Source: an uncultured Bacillota bacterium (GTDB lineage Bacteria; Bacillota; Clostridia; Christensenellales; UBA1242). Taken from it: a DNA stretch of 47,740 nucleotides. Positions 7,007-16,716 of this stretch are shown one piece after another. The notes below the pieces were generated by a model, which was not told where the DNA came from, searched no databases, and saw only the letters and a list, made by a program, of their open reading frames with translations. Each line of letters opens with the position of its first letter. Position 1 is the first letter of the stretch. The stretch lies in NCBI GenBank assembly GCA_949298925.1, contig CASFYE010000044.1, forward strand, positions 1 to 47,740. The letters run 5' to 3'. Made by a program: the position numbers and the translations under genes.

Positions 7007-8878
7007 ATGTCTGTAAAAGAAAGAATTGCCGAGTTGTTTAAAAGTTCTAAACAAACAGCAATGTCAACACTTAAAAAAGTGGGCATGATCTTTTCGGCAG
7101 TTACGGTCACAACAGCATTAGCTTTTTCTATTGGAGCATGCATACCAGACTCAAATCTAACTGCTGATGATCCTCACACCCCAGGTATTGAAAATCCTGG
7201 AGAGGACGTCCCTGGAATTGACGTTCCTGGGGTTGAAAAGCCAGGGGTTGAAGAGCCAGGAATGGAGGAGCCGAGTCAAGAAATCGTAGTTGGCGATTTT
7301 GTCAATCAAGTGCTTTCAGAAGAAAAACTTCAAAATTACTGCAAGGAAGCTTTTAATGCTAGCCAAATGGAATTTTTAAAGAAAAAATTTCCAGACCTTG
7401 AAAATCCTCAAGCAAGCGGTGAGATAGCACCTTGGAGTAACGTCGGCGAAGAGATGACGCAAGGTGTTGTTTTGGTTAAGAGTGATGCAACAAATGTTTT
7501 GGCATATATGTCGGCAGATTCAGATGTCATCAAAAATTATATGAGCGAAATTGAAGCTTTAATGGGCGGAGATTTAGTGCAAAAAATCCTTGACATTGCT
7601 GGCATTGATGAAAATGCCACAATTAAAGAAAGCGAAAAGGGAGATTTAATCAACAAGCTCGACAGCGCCACTGCACAATACTTGCAGAGTGTTGACAGTT
7701 TGGCGAGCGAACTGACAAATTTGGCAGATTTGATTGAACTTAAACAAATCGCAAACTTTTCTGCAATAGCGGACGCCACAAATAAGTTAAGCACTCTGTT
7801 TGGTGGCGCTGAAAAGATTTGCGTTGGCGAGTTTACTCAGCCAATGCCTTATACGGCTGGTGGGAACATAACAACTGCAAATTGTCAAATGGCAAACGTC
7901 TTCACAGTTGAAAGCGATGGAAGTGTGAAAGCATATGCAGTCACAGTTGAAGAGGGCAAAACCGATTTGAGTGGAAACGTCGATGTCGCCGAAGTGGGCA
8001 GTTTTGCCCATGGTGCAACTGTTGAAAACTTGCCAGCACTTTCTCAGCCAGAAACATCCCAAGAGGTTTCATTCGACTCGCTTTACAACGAGGTGTTTGG
8101 TGAGGGCTACGATCTCGTGCCTTTTGAAACATACTTTGACGAAATGGCTTCAATGGCTTTTGCAGGGACGGCAGAGTATAATATCATGTTCTATGAGTTA
8201 AATGAGCAATCTTTTGTAATGTACGCGGATGCTATATCAACAACAGGTCGAAATGCTTTTGTGGAGGCAACATACAAAGGTGCAAGCTTGCCTGCAATAC
8301 TTGATTATTCCGTTCTTTCGGAAGAAATGAAAGGGTCGGCAAATCTAAAAGATTACTTACAAAGCATTTTTTCAACGAATGGGAAAGTAAGTGCAAATGA
8401 TGTAGAGAGAGTAAAAACAGAATTAAATGTTTACAAAACTAGAACGTCTGCTATAGATCGTATGAAAAAATTTACAAACAGCAAATCGTTTACAGCTCTT
8501 ACACCAATCTCAAACACCACAGCGGACATAAACTTTGACGATTATGCAAAGGAATACACGCCAGAGGGCGCAACACCTATCGCTTGTTATGTGGGAGAGA
8601 TGGGCACCGAAACACTAAATAATACCTTTGGAACAGGCTATGTCCAACGTCTTGCTTACTTAGTTGCCTATCTCGATAGTGAAAGCAAGTTGCATATTAA
8701 AAAAGGAGCGGTAATTGTGCCGTGGTATACAAATTCTACCGATGACTATTCGTATTCATTAGCACTTGGTGAAGACGGCAAAGATTATGTAACTATAGAA
8801 GAAGAAGAAATCTCAACATTAGAAGATCCGATAATATCACCAGAATTATTGCCAAATGAAACAAGTAGAGAATTTTAA
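7007..8878 (+). CDS. acidic lipoprotein (623 aa), unknown function
   Basis: A GGCGGAGGG RBS precedes the start. The signal peptide carries the lipobox SIGAC (Cys45), followed by a PG-rich linker. No domain is recognised. Confidence 0.65.
   Translation: MSVKERIAELFKSSKQTAMSTLKKVGMIFSAVTVTTALAFSIGACIPDSNLTADDPHTPGIENPGEDVPGIDVPGVEKPGVEEPGMEEPSQEIVVGDFVNQVLSEEKLQNYCKEAFNASQMEFLKKKFPDLENPQASGEIAPWSNVGEEMTQGVVLVKSDATNVLAYMSADSDVIKNYMSEIEALMGGDLVQKILDIAGIDENATIKESEKGDLINKLDSATAQYLQSVDSLASELTNLADLIELKQIANFSAIADATNKLSTLFGGAEKICVGEFTQPMPYTAGGNITTANCQMANVFTVESDGSVKAYAVTVEEGKTDLSGNVDVAEVGSFAHGATVENLPALSQPETSQEVSFDSLYNEVFGEGYDLVPFETYFDEMASMAFAGTAEYNIMFYELNEQSFVMYADAISTTGRNAFVEATYKGASLPAILDYSVLSEEMKGSANLKDYLQSIFSTNGKVSANDVERVKTELNVYKTRTSAIDRMKKFTNSKSFTALTPISNTTADINFDDYAKEYTPEGATPIACYVGEMGTETLNNTFGTGYVQRLAYLVAYLDSESKLHIKKGAVIVPWYTNSTDDYSYSLALGEDGKDYVTIEEEEISTLEDPIISPELLPNETSREF
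7181..7273 (+). repeat. six tandem 15-nt (pentapeptide PG[IVEM][ED]x) repeats forming a linker
   Basis: The translation reads PGIEN PGEDV PGIDV PGVEK PGVEE PGMEE P, directly after the lipobox. Confidence 0.7.
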
Positions 8879-8881
8879 AAA

Positions 8882-8903
8882 AGCAGGCAAAAGCCTGCTT
8901 TTT
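8882..8903 (+). terminator. intrinsic terminator
   Basis: AGCAGGC (8882-8888), loop AAAA, GCCTGCT (8893-8899), then TTTTT. Confidence 0.8.
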
Positions 8904-8964
8904 GACTATTAAATTAAAACAAAAAAAGTTTGATTTTTTTGAGAGGATAAGTTATACTAATCAT

Positions 8965-11109
8965 ATGAAAAAGAAATGGATTTCAGTTTTAAGTTTGATT
9001 TTTGTGTTTGTTTTTGCAATCATGTTTTCTGGTTGCATGGGCGTTGACCCGGACAGACTTGACGAGCTTGAAGATCAACTCGAAAATGGTGAGATCACCG
9101 AAGACGAATTCAATGACGCTTTGCAAGAGGAGTCCGACGGCGTAAAGTTGGACGGCGTGCTTGTGCTTCGAAAGCCTCTTAGTTATGATTTTGACAACAA
9201 CGTTGTTGAAAGTGATTATTACAATTCCTTTGCAAGAGATGTGTTAAGAGGACTTTTCGCGACTTATGGTGTAACAAACAATGCAGACATAATATTAGAG
9301 AAACCAGACATTTTTGATTTGTTATTAACCGAAAACGAAGGGAATGAAGAACTAGAAGATTTAAAAGGTAGATATGACTCGAATAAAGACGACTTCGTAG
9401 GCTTTTATGACGCTATTCGTTATCAAATCACAAATGTTGAACCTGTAAAAATAACAATCACGGGTGTTAGTAGTGAAGTAGTGGATAATCCTGATGGCAA
9501 AATCTATAATGGATCAATCACCATTGACGGAATTTACTATTTTTATTCTTACAATGGAAATGTTTTGTCGTTAGAAGACGAGACTGGAACTCTTTACTCA
9601 AGCAGTGGAAATAGTATTAAAGTAAAAGATATTGAATATACCTTTTTGTTCAACACAGAAACGCTTGTGCTTACATTACAATCAGTCGAAAACATAGGCA
9701 CAAAAGTAACTACGGACGATAGTTATGCTTGGAATTGGAGTCTGCCGTATGACCAGGCAAGTTATGAAGCATGGATTTATGCGTATGGAAGTAAGACTTT
9801 AGATGGAAAGGTAGAAGCAACTTTTAACAACAAAGACGCAAATTTTAAATATAATTTTGAAACTTTAGAAAAGTATTATACAGGAATATTTGATAACATT
9901 GATACACCATATCCCTTTAATTCTGCGTTCTATCTCAACGATTTTGTCAATGAGGAGTATGTTACAGCGCTGGAATATGCGATCTATCGAATTGCAATCG
10001 GGTTGACACCAGCAGAGATGACGGTGAGTTATAATGAAACGGGGCTACCTATGCTTTCCGTTGATGGTTTTTCGTCTCAAACCGCACCAGAAGTAAAGAG
10101 CAGTGTTCAAGTTGCCCTTGAAAGCGCAAAGGAAGATTTTTACAAGCTCGGCACATATGTTGGGCTCACGTCAACAGACAAGCAGTTTATTGTGGACTTC
10201 ATTTTGGAAGAGATTATTGGCGAAACTGCATATTCAACCGAGCTTGCGCAAAACACCTTAAACTATGAGGTCATGGTCGAGGCGATAGTAAACTATGCAG
10301 GCACATTGACGACGACGGGCATGACGAGTTATGACGTCGACGAAGAGGGGGGAACGACTTCTGGTGAAGAGCAACAAGACGACGAACCGACATATGTTGG
10401 TGACGCGTTTACTGCGTCGGAGGTGGCACTTTTCCCTTACACAACATTCTTCTCGTCAGCGACATCAGACGATCCATTCGTAAACGTTGGAGGACCATTT
10501 GAATATCAAAGCTTTGTTTTGTTGCCATCGGACGAGCAAGTTGAGATTGGCGACATTTGGCTTGATATGAAATATGATGCTGGCAATGATGGAGACAGCA
10601 TAGTGACTGACGAAACACTTACGATGACGGTAATTTTAAGGTATGTCAAAGTGCAGACCGACGCGACAGGCAATGTGCTTAACAGGGAGTTAAAGGAGAT
10701 AAGGCAAAACATCACCTTAAAGGACGGACCTCACGGAGCAGGAGAGGAAGGATCGTATTTTGAATTTGAACTTGACGCGAAAGAATATTTCGGTGAAACT
10801 GTCAAGATAGGTAAGTTTGCCGTGCCAGATGTTCTTCAACCTGACAAAACGGAAGACAAGACAAACAACGTGGTTACCATTACGGGTGAAACGGATGCCA
10901 GAAAATATTATGAAGTTTTGGAGAGTGGCTTTAACAATGCAGGATCATTTGCAGTGCTAGACAGCGAGAGATTTAACTTTTCATATTTTGAAGTTGCGTT
11001 TGATGTTGAGAAAGAGCCAGGAAATAGGGATAAGAATTATGCGTTCTATTGTTCAATCTTAAACTTGATAGAACCACCAGAATATCCTAACGATCCTGTT
11101 TGGCAATAA
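8965..11109 (+). CDS. acidic lipoprotein (714 aa), unknown function
   Basis: The start was moved to the ATG at 8965 (MKKKWISVLSLIFVFVFAIMFSGC, lipobox FSGC). The ORF-track start at 8902 lies inside the upstream terminator. It contains a module (ITIDGIYYFYSYNG...TLVLTL) resembling repeats in the giant protein. Confidence 0.6.
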   Translation: MKKKWISVLSLIFVFVFAIMFSGCMGVDPDRLDELEDQLENGEITEDEFNDALQEESDGVKLDGVLVLRKPLSYDFDNNVVESDYYNSFARDVLRGLFATYGVTNNADIILEKPDIFDLLLTENEGNEELEDLKGRYDSNKDDFVGFYDAIRYQITNVEPVKITITGVSSEVVDNPDGKIYNGSITIDGIYYFYSYNGNVLSLEDETGTLYSSSGNSIKVKDIEYTFLFNTETLVLTLQSVENIGTKVTTDDSYAWNWSLPYDQASYEAWIYAYGSKTLDGKVEATFNNKDANFKYNFETLEKYYTGIFDNIDTPYPFNSAFYLNDFVNEEYVTALEYAIYRIAIGLTPAEMTVSYNETGLPMLSVDGFSSQTAPEVKSSVQVALESAKEDFYKLGTYVGLTSTDKQFIVDFILEEIIGETAYSTELAQNTLNYEVMVEAIVNYAGTLTTTGMTSYDVDEEGGTTSGEEQQDDEPTYVGDAFTASEVALFPYTTFFSSATSDDPFVNVGGPFEYQSFVLLPSDEQVEIGDIWLDMKYDAGNDGDSIVTDETLTMTVILRYVKVQTDATGNVLNRELKEIRQNITLKDGPHGAGEEGSYFEFELDAKEYFGETVKIGKFAVPDVLQPDKTEDKTNNVVTITGETDARKYYEVLESGFNNAGSFAVLDSERFNFSYFEVAFDVEKEPGNRDKNYAFYCSILNLIEPPEYPNDPVWQ

Positions 11110-11136
11110 GAATAGTTTTTAACGGGGGTGAGTATA

Positions 11137-11664
11137 ATGAAGCGAGAGCAAAAAACTCTCTTGCTTGAAAAAGAGGTCGAAACTAAAACTCAAATTGAAG
11201 TCAAAACAGACAAGCAAGTTGAAGCTGAAAAAACTTTTTTAAAGCAACAAAATATTGTTGTTGAAACCCCTAACTATGACCTTATACCAGAAATAACACC
11301 ACAAAAAAAGAAGAGAGTGTTAAAACTTGAAAAACTCGTTGAAAAAGAAACTCCAAAGAAGAAGAGAATGTCTTGGTTAAAACGAGTGGCACTTGCGCTA
11401 GGAATTGGTGTTACGATTGCCCTTAGCATTTTCACAGCAGTTGAGCTTTCCAACACGATCTCGGCTTACAATGTGGCGCAGAGTGAATATTCGGTCAATG
11501 TTGCAACGCTTATGCAAAAAATCGCCTCTGTCGATTCGGGAAACAAGATGGCCGAGCTTGTGGAGACCTTTCCTGATGAGGTGATGCGTCCAAGCGATTT
11601 TGAGGAGCAATCAAACTGGTTTGACAGATTATGCAATTTTTTATCGGGGGTAATTGGAGGTTGA
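11137..11664 (+). CDS. bitopic membrane protein, positional FtsL analogue (cell-division protein candidate)
   Basis: It has a Lys/Glu-rich cytoplasmic N-terminus, a single TM (VALALGIGVTIALSIFTAVEL) and a ~70-aa outside domain. It sits immediately upstream of the class B PBP, with its stop 3 nt before the PBP start, as ftsL does in dcw clusters. The call is positional only. Confidence 0.4.
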   Translation: MKREQKTLLLEKEVETKTQIEVKTDKQVEAEKTFLKQQNIVVETPNYDLIPEITPQKKKRVLKLEKLVEKETPKKKRMSWLKRVALALGIGVTIALSIFTAVELSNTISAYNVAQSEYSVNVATLMQKIASVDSGNKMAELVETFPDEVMRPSDFEEQSNWFDRLCNFLSGVIGG

Positions 11665-11667
11665 TTT

Positions 11668-13566
11668 TTGCAGAGCCTTTTCACCCTACACTCGTTTCGA
11701 AAAAGGATACTTGCTTTAATCACGCTGGTATCCTTTCTTTTTTGTGCACTTATTGTCAGGCTGTTTGTCATTCAAATCATAAATGGCAAAGATTTACAGT
11801 TGCGCGCAACTGACCAGTGGACAAGAGATCTCGCCATTGTCGCACCACGCGGTGATATATATGATGCGACAGGCTCTCGACTCGCAGTAAGTTACACAAC
11901 CTACAACGTCTATGTGCGAGCGCGTGAAGTCAAAGATTCCAAAGAAGTGGCTCAGTATCTTTCCAACCTGTTAGGGCTAAACTATCTTAACGTCTATGAA
12001 AAAACGATAAAGAAAAATGTGTCCGAAGTGTTAATAAAACTGCAAGTTTCACCAGAGATAGCAGAAAACATATATCAAAAAAATCTTGATGGGGTTTATT
12101 TGGCAGAGAGTGTTGGCAGGTATTACACATATGGCAACTTGCTTTCGCAAGTGCTGGGGTTTGTCAGTGTTGACAACGTTGGGCAAAGTGGCATTGAATC
12201 GCAGTTTGAAAGTTATTTAAAAGGTGAGGACGGCTATTCATTTACGCAAAGCGATTTGCAAGGCAAAGAAATTGGTGGAACATTGAGATATTATGTTCCT
12301 GCTACAAAAGGCGCAGACATCACGATCACTGTTGATTCTAAAATTCAACTCATATTGGAACAGGCGCTTGAAAAGGCTATGCTTGAACAGCAGGCAAAGT
12401 CGGTTACGGGAATGGTTTTAAACGCAAAAACTAGCGAAGTTTTAGCGATGTCCTCAAAGCCGAGTTTCGATTTGAATGACATTCCGCGTGAAAATTTAGA
12501 AAAGCTTTTTGAAGAGTCAAGGATAAAAGCGATCACAGATGTTTATGAACCAGGATCGACATTCAAAATTTTAACGCTTGCAGCGGCACTTGAAGCAGGC
12601 GTGGTTGACGAGTCGGACACCTTTTATTGTAGTGGGTCGCGCGTGGTAGATGGGGTAAAAATCAAATGTTGGAGAAGCCAGGGGCATGGCTCACAAACAC
12701 TAGAAGAAGGTCTTATGAATTCATGCAACTGCGTTTTCATGGAACTTGCTTTGCGTCTTGGAGTTGACAGATTTTATGAATATATGCAAAAGTTTGGCTT
12801 GGGGCAAAAAACAGGCATAGAGCTTGCCGGCGAAGCAAGTGGCATATTGATGGACAAATCGCTAGTCAAAAATGTCGATCTTGCTAGAATGGGTTTTGGG
12901 CATGCTGTGGCAGTCACACCTATTCAGTTGTTGACTATCGTCTGCGGAATTTTAAACGATGGAAATTTGATGCAACCGTCAATCATTGAAAATGTCACTG
13001 ATTGTTTTGGAAATGTTTTAATACAAAGCCAAAACACCAGCAAGGGACAAATCGTTAGTGAAGAAACTTCACAAATTATTCGAAGTATGCTTTCGTCGGT
13101 GACAAACAAAGATGTGCCATATTCCTTTGTTGAAGGGTATGATGTTGGCGGTAAAACTGGAACAGCCCAAAAGTATGATGAAAGTGGGCATATAGCACAA
13201 GGAAAATATATTTCAAGTTTTATTGGAACCTACCCTGCAAGCAACCCTGAATATGTTGTTATGATTATGGTCGACGAGCCAGGCGCTGGCGCATATTATG
13301 GAAGCGTGGTCGCTTCACCTTATGGCAAAGAGGTGATCTCGGGTATTTTAAAATACAAAAATATTCCTAAAGATGATCAAACTGTTGTAGTTGAAACTGT
13401 TGAAATGCCAGATATAACGAGCATGACCGTTTCTGCCGCCGAAATTGTTTTGAAAAAACTCGGCATTTATTTTGAAACTGACGGTGACGGCGATCGTGTG
13501 ATAAAGCAACTTCCTCCGCCTGGCACTACTATTGCAAAAGGAGACACTATTTTGCTCATCACGTGA
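11668..13566 (+). CDS. class B penicillin-binding protein (FtsI/PBP2B/SpoVD-like) with one C-terminal PASTA domain
   Basis: The three transpeptidase motifs are present: SxxK (STFK), SxN (SCN) and KTG (GGKTGTA). An N-terminal TM anchor and a PASTA-like C-terminus (PDITSMTVSAAEIVLKKLG...VIKQLPPPGTTIAKGDTILL) are also present. The start is a TTG at 11668, 7 nt after GGAGG. Confidence 0.9.
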   Translation: MQSLFTLHSFRKRILALITLVSFLFCALIVRLFVIQIINGKDLQLRATDQWTRDLAIVAPRGDIYDATGSRLAVSYTTYNVYVRAREVKDSKEVAQYLSNLLGLNYLNVYEKTIKKNVSEVLIKLQVSPEIAENIYQKNLDGVYLAESVGRYYTYGNLLSQVLGFVSVDNVGQSGIESQFESYLKGEDGYSFTQSDLQGKEIGGTLRYYVPATKGADITITVDSKIQLILEQALEKAMLEQQAKSVTGMVLNAKTSEVLAMSSKPSFDLNDIPRENLEKLFEESRIKAITDVYEPGSTFKILTLAAALEAGVVDESDTFYCSGSRVVDGVKIKCWRSQGHGSQTLEEGLMNSCNCVFMELALRLGVDRFYEYMQKFGLGQKTGIELAGEASGILMDKSLVKNVDLARMGFGHAVAVTPIQLLTIVCGILNDGNLMQPSIIENVTDCFGNVLIQSQNTSKGQIVSEETSQIIRSMLSSVTNKDVPYSFVEGYDVGGKTGTAQKYDESGHIAQGKYISSFIGTYPASNPEYVVMIMVDEPGAGAYYGSVVASPYGKEVISGILKYKNIPKDDQTVVVETVEMPDITSMTVSAAEIVLKKLGIYFETDGDGDRVIKQLPPPGTTIAKGDTILLIT

Positions 13567-13606
13567 TTTGCTTGATAATATTGACAAAATGTTGTAATAT
13601 TAAATT

Positions 13607-14323
13607 ATGGAAATTTGGTGGATATTATTAATTGTGCTTGGTGTTGTGGTGCTCATCAGTGCCATGCTTTCAATTGCAAATTACTCGCACGACAAACTTT
13701 TTTCTCTGCACGAAGAGATGAAAATAAAACCTGCTGACACGTCTATTACTGTTTTAGAATTTATTTCGAGTGTTAATAATTTAAAACTAGATGGCAAGCT
13801 TAAAGTTTCGAGAACAAAACAATATATTGGAGACGGCTATGCAAGAAAAAGCAAAACTCTCATTTTGTCTGATGACACCTTGAACGGAGGTTCTATATCC
13901 TCTTTCGCTATCTCAGCGCATGAGCTTGGCCATGCTTTACAAGACAAAGAAGGAAATATTTTAAAGGTTAAGCATTTCCTTAAAAAACTCGTGTGGATTT
14001 TAGGCAAACTTTTTTTGCCTTGTTTGGTGGTTGGATTAATACTTCTTTTCTTTCCTGAATATTTTACAATAGCAATAGCATTGATGTCCACTTCGGCGGG
14101 AATATTTTTACTAACTGGTTTTTTAAGGCTTTTCATAGTTTACATTGAAAAAGATGCCAGCAAAAGAGCGATTGTTTTGTTGAAAGAATTTTTACCTCCT
14201 TCAGACCTAAGGCTTACAAAGAAATATCTAAATACCGCGAGGTTAACATATTGGAGCGATTTTATGACTTTGCTTTTTGGTTGGACAGGCCTCACAAGAA
14301 AGAAAAAAATATTTGGAGATTGA
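13607..14323 (+). CDS. YugP-like putative neutral zinc metallopeptidase (membrane), divergent paralogue
   Basis: It has an HExxH motif (HELGHALQD), an N-terminal TM and C-terminal TM helices. The architecture matches the downstream paralogue. Confidence 0.65.
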   Translation: MEIWWILLIVLGVVVLISAMLSIANYSHDKLFSLHEEMKIKPADTSITVLEFISSVNNLKLDGKLKVSRTKQYIGDGYARKSKTLILSDDTLNGGSISSFAISAHELGHALQDKEGNILKVKHFLKKLVWILGKLFLPCLVVGLILLFFPEYFTIAIALMSTSAGIFLLTGFLRLFIVYIEKDASKRAIVLLKEFLPPSDLRLTKKYLNTARLTYWSDFMTLLFGWTGLTRKKKIFGD

Positions 14324-14324
14324 T

Positions 14325-15044
14325 ATGAATTTGATAGATTTATGGTACGTTATTCCTTCTTTGTTGCTTTTAGTGGCAATGGGGTTTGTTTTATATGCTC
14401 ATTTTAAAGTCAAAGAGACATTTAATAAGTATTCAAAAGTCCAGGCGAGTTGTAATTTGACGGCGAGCGAAGTCGCAAAAAGGATATTAGAAAAAAACAA
14501 CGTTAAGGTAGACATATCTCTTACGGAGGGGGAGCTTTCGGATAATTACAACCCACAGGCTAAGATGATTCAGCTTTCAACTCCCGTCTATAATTCTTCA
14601 TCAGTTGCTGCGATAGGGGTCGCGTCGCATGAAACAGGACACGCAATTCAAGACGATAAAAATTATTTTCCTATGAAAATCAGGACGTTTGCTGTTAAAG
14701 CCAGCAACTTTGCTTCTTCACTACTTTTTCCATTTTTGGCTATTGGCACGATGTTTTGGTTTGTCTTTGCAGGGACAAACTTAGGGCTTATTTTTATTGT
14801 GTGCACAATAGCGGTCTTTTTTCTAGGATTTGTGGTAAATTTGGCAACCTTGCCTGTCGAAATAAATGCTTCGCGTAGGGCGCTTAATTCTTTGGGGGAT
14901 ATGAACATATTGACTGAGGAAGAAAAATCTCAGGTAAAAAAAGTTTTAAGTGCGGCCGCCTTAACCTATGTTGCCTCGCTTGCTGTAAGCCTCATAGCTC
15001 TTTTTAGATTGCTAGTCATATTTTTTTCTTTTCGAAGAGACTAA
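14325..15044 (+). CDS. YugP-like putative neutral zinc metallopeptidase (membrane)
   Basis: YAHFKVKETFNKYSKV...LTASEVAKRIL...LSDNYNPQAKMIQLS...ASHETGHAIQD is typical of the PF04298/YugP family. The start was set to the ATG at 14325, 1 nt after the upstream TGA. Confidence 0.8.
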   Translation: MNLIDLWYVIPSLLLLVAMGFVLYAHFKVKETFNKYSKVQASCNLTASEVAKRILEKNNVKVDISLTEGELSDNYNPQAKMIQLSTPVYNSSSVAAIGVASHETGHAIQDDKNYFPMKIRTFAVKASNFASSLLFPFLAIGTMFWFVFAGTNLGLIFIVCTIAVFFLGFVVNLATLPVEINASRRALNSLGDMNILTEEEKSQVKKVLSAAALTYVASLAVSLIALFRLLVIFFSFRRD

Positions 15045-15185
15045 ATTTAGCAAAATCAATTCAGTTTTTAAAAGGTATACTGAAAAAGCACATACATCAA
15101 AAATGATGTTGTAAAAATATTTGCAAATAATTTAATATTGTAAAAATAAAGATAAAATTAGAATATTATTAAGTCGGTCATATAA

Positions 15186-16559
15186 TTAAAATTTTATTTT
15201 GTTTGATAGATAGCTAGCCAAGCTGTCAATTTTAATTCGTTCTTGCTTCATGGTGTCTCTATCTCTTATGGTGACGCTGTCGTCTTGCAAAGTGTCAAAA
15301 TCGATTGTAACGCAAAAAGGCGTTCCAATTTCATCTTGTCTTCTGTATCTTTTTCCTATTGAACCGGATTCGTCATAATCGCACATAAATGAAGAGGACA
15401 AGCTGTTGTAAACCTCTTTGGCTTTTTCAGAAAGATTTTTTTGTAAGGGTAAAACTGCAACTTTAAATGGTGCAATCGCAGGATGAAAGTGCATAACGAC
15501 CCTGGTTTCTCCATTTTCCAATTGCTCCTCGTCATAGGCATCACACAAAATGACGAGAGTCAATCTATCTGCGCCTATTGAATATTCTATCACGTGTGGT
15601 ATATATTTTTCATTGGTAAATGGATCGGTGTATTCCATAGATTTGCCTGAAAATTCTTGGTGACGAGAAAGGTCGTAGTTTGATCTGTTGTGGATTCCGT
15701 TTAACTCGTCCCAACCCATTGGATAGTTGTATTGAATGTCACACGCAGCTTTTGCATAATGTGCAAGTTTGTCGTGATCTTTAAATCGTAAGTTTTCTTT
15801 TTTAATTCCTAGGTCGAGCAAAAAGTCAAAAGCTTTTTGTTTGAACTGCTTGTAAAATTCTTGATCTTCACCGTCTTTGCAGAATTGTTGATGCTCCATC
15901 TGTTCAAATTCTATTGTTCTAAAAATAAAATTTCCAGGTGTTATTTCATTTCTAAAAGCCTTTCCGATTTGGGCGATACCAAAAGGCACCTTTGCACGCA
16001 TTGAACGTTGCACGTTTGCAAAGTTGACAAATTCACCCTGAGCTGTTTCTGGACGCAAATAGATTTTGTTTGATGATTCGTCCACGACACCGCGTGAAGT
16101 TTCAAACATCAAGTTGAATTGTCTGATAGGTGTCCAATCAAATTTTCCACAAATAGGACAAGCAACGTGATGAGTTTTTATATAATCTTCCATCTCTTCA
16201 TTTGCCATTGTGTCTGGATTGACTGTCGATTTTGAATGAGCAGAAATCAAATTGTCTGCACGACAACGTGATTTGCAGTTTTTGCAGTCCATCTTTGGAT
16301 CAGAAAAGGAAGAAGTGTGGCCACTTGCGTCCCAAACTCTTGGATTCATCAAAATGGCGGCATCAACGCCATATGAAGTTGGACATTCTTGAACAAATCT
16401 TTTCCACCAAGCTTTTTTAATATTGTTTTTTAATTCAACACCAACAGGTCCATAATCCCAAGTATTTCCCATGCCACCATATATTTCACTGCCAGGGAAG
16501 ATGATGCCACGTGTTTTGCACAAATTCACTATTTTGTCTAAGTTTTTTAATTTTTCCAT
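15186..16559 (-). CDS. glyQS: glycine--tRNA ligase (alpha2 dimeric type)
   Basis: MEKLKNLDKIVNLCKTRGIIFPGSEIYGG...RPETAQG...GIGADR shows strong class II GlyRS similarity. The start was set to the ATG at 16559 after an AGGAGA RBS. The 56 extra N-terminal codons in the ORF track read through the T-box leader. Confidence 0.92.
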   Translation of the reverse strand: MEKLKNLDKIVNLCKTRGIIFPGSEIYGGMGNTWDYGPVGVELKNNIKKAWWKRFVQECPTSYGVDAAILMNPRVWDASGHTSSFSDPKMDCKNCKSRCRADNLISAHSKSTVNPDTMANEEMEDYIKTHHVACPICGKFDWTPIRQFNLMFETSRGVVDESSNKIYLRPETAQGEFVNFANVQRSMRAKVPFGIAQIGKAFRNEITPGNFIFRTIEFEQMEHQQFCKDGEDQEFYKQFKQKAFDFLLDLGIKKENLRFKDHDKLAHYAKAACDIQYNYPMGWDELNGIHNRSNYDLSRHQEFSGKSMEYTDPFTNEKYIPHVIEYSIGADRLTLVILCDAYDEEQLENGETRVVMHFHPAIAPFKVAVLPLQKNLSEKAKEVYNSLSSSFMCDYDESGSIGKRYRRQDEIGTPFCVTIDFDTLQDDSVTIRDRDTMKQERIKIDSLASYLSNKIKF

Positions 16560-16574
16560 AAGTTTCTCCTTTAA

Positions 16575-16710
16575 AAACAAAAGCCCTATGCCAAAATAAG
16601 CATAGGGGCGAGTTGTTAGTTCGCTGTTCCACCCTAATTCGCAAAAAGCCTCATTAATTGTCTTTACGCCGACAAGCGTTAGCTCAGGAGTTGCCAAGTC
16701 CTTCACAGCT
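16575..16710 (-). promoter_or_regulatory. glycine T-box riboswitch leader (transcription attenuation type) with a very short Stem I
   Basis: Read on the minus strand.
- T-box sequence: AAUUAGGGUGGAACAGCG.
- Antiterminator: UAGGG-UGGAACA-GCGA...UCGC-CCCUA. Its UGGA bulge is complementary to the UCCA end of tRNA-Gly.
- Competing terminator: GCCCUAUGC/GCAUAGGGC followed by a U-run (plus 16583-16608).
- A GGC codon sits in the loop of a 30-nt 5' hairpin (plus 16681-16710). Confidence 0.85.
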
Positions 16711-16716
16711 AAGATT

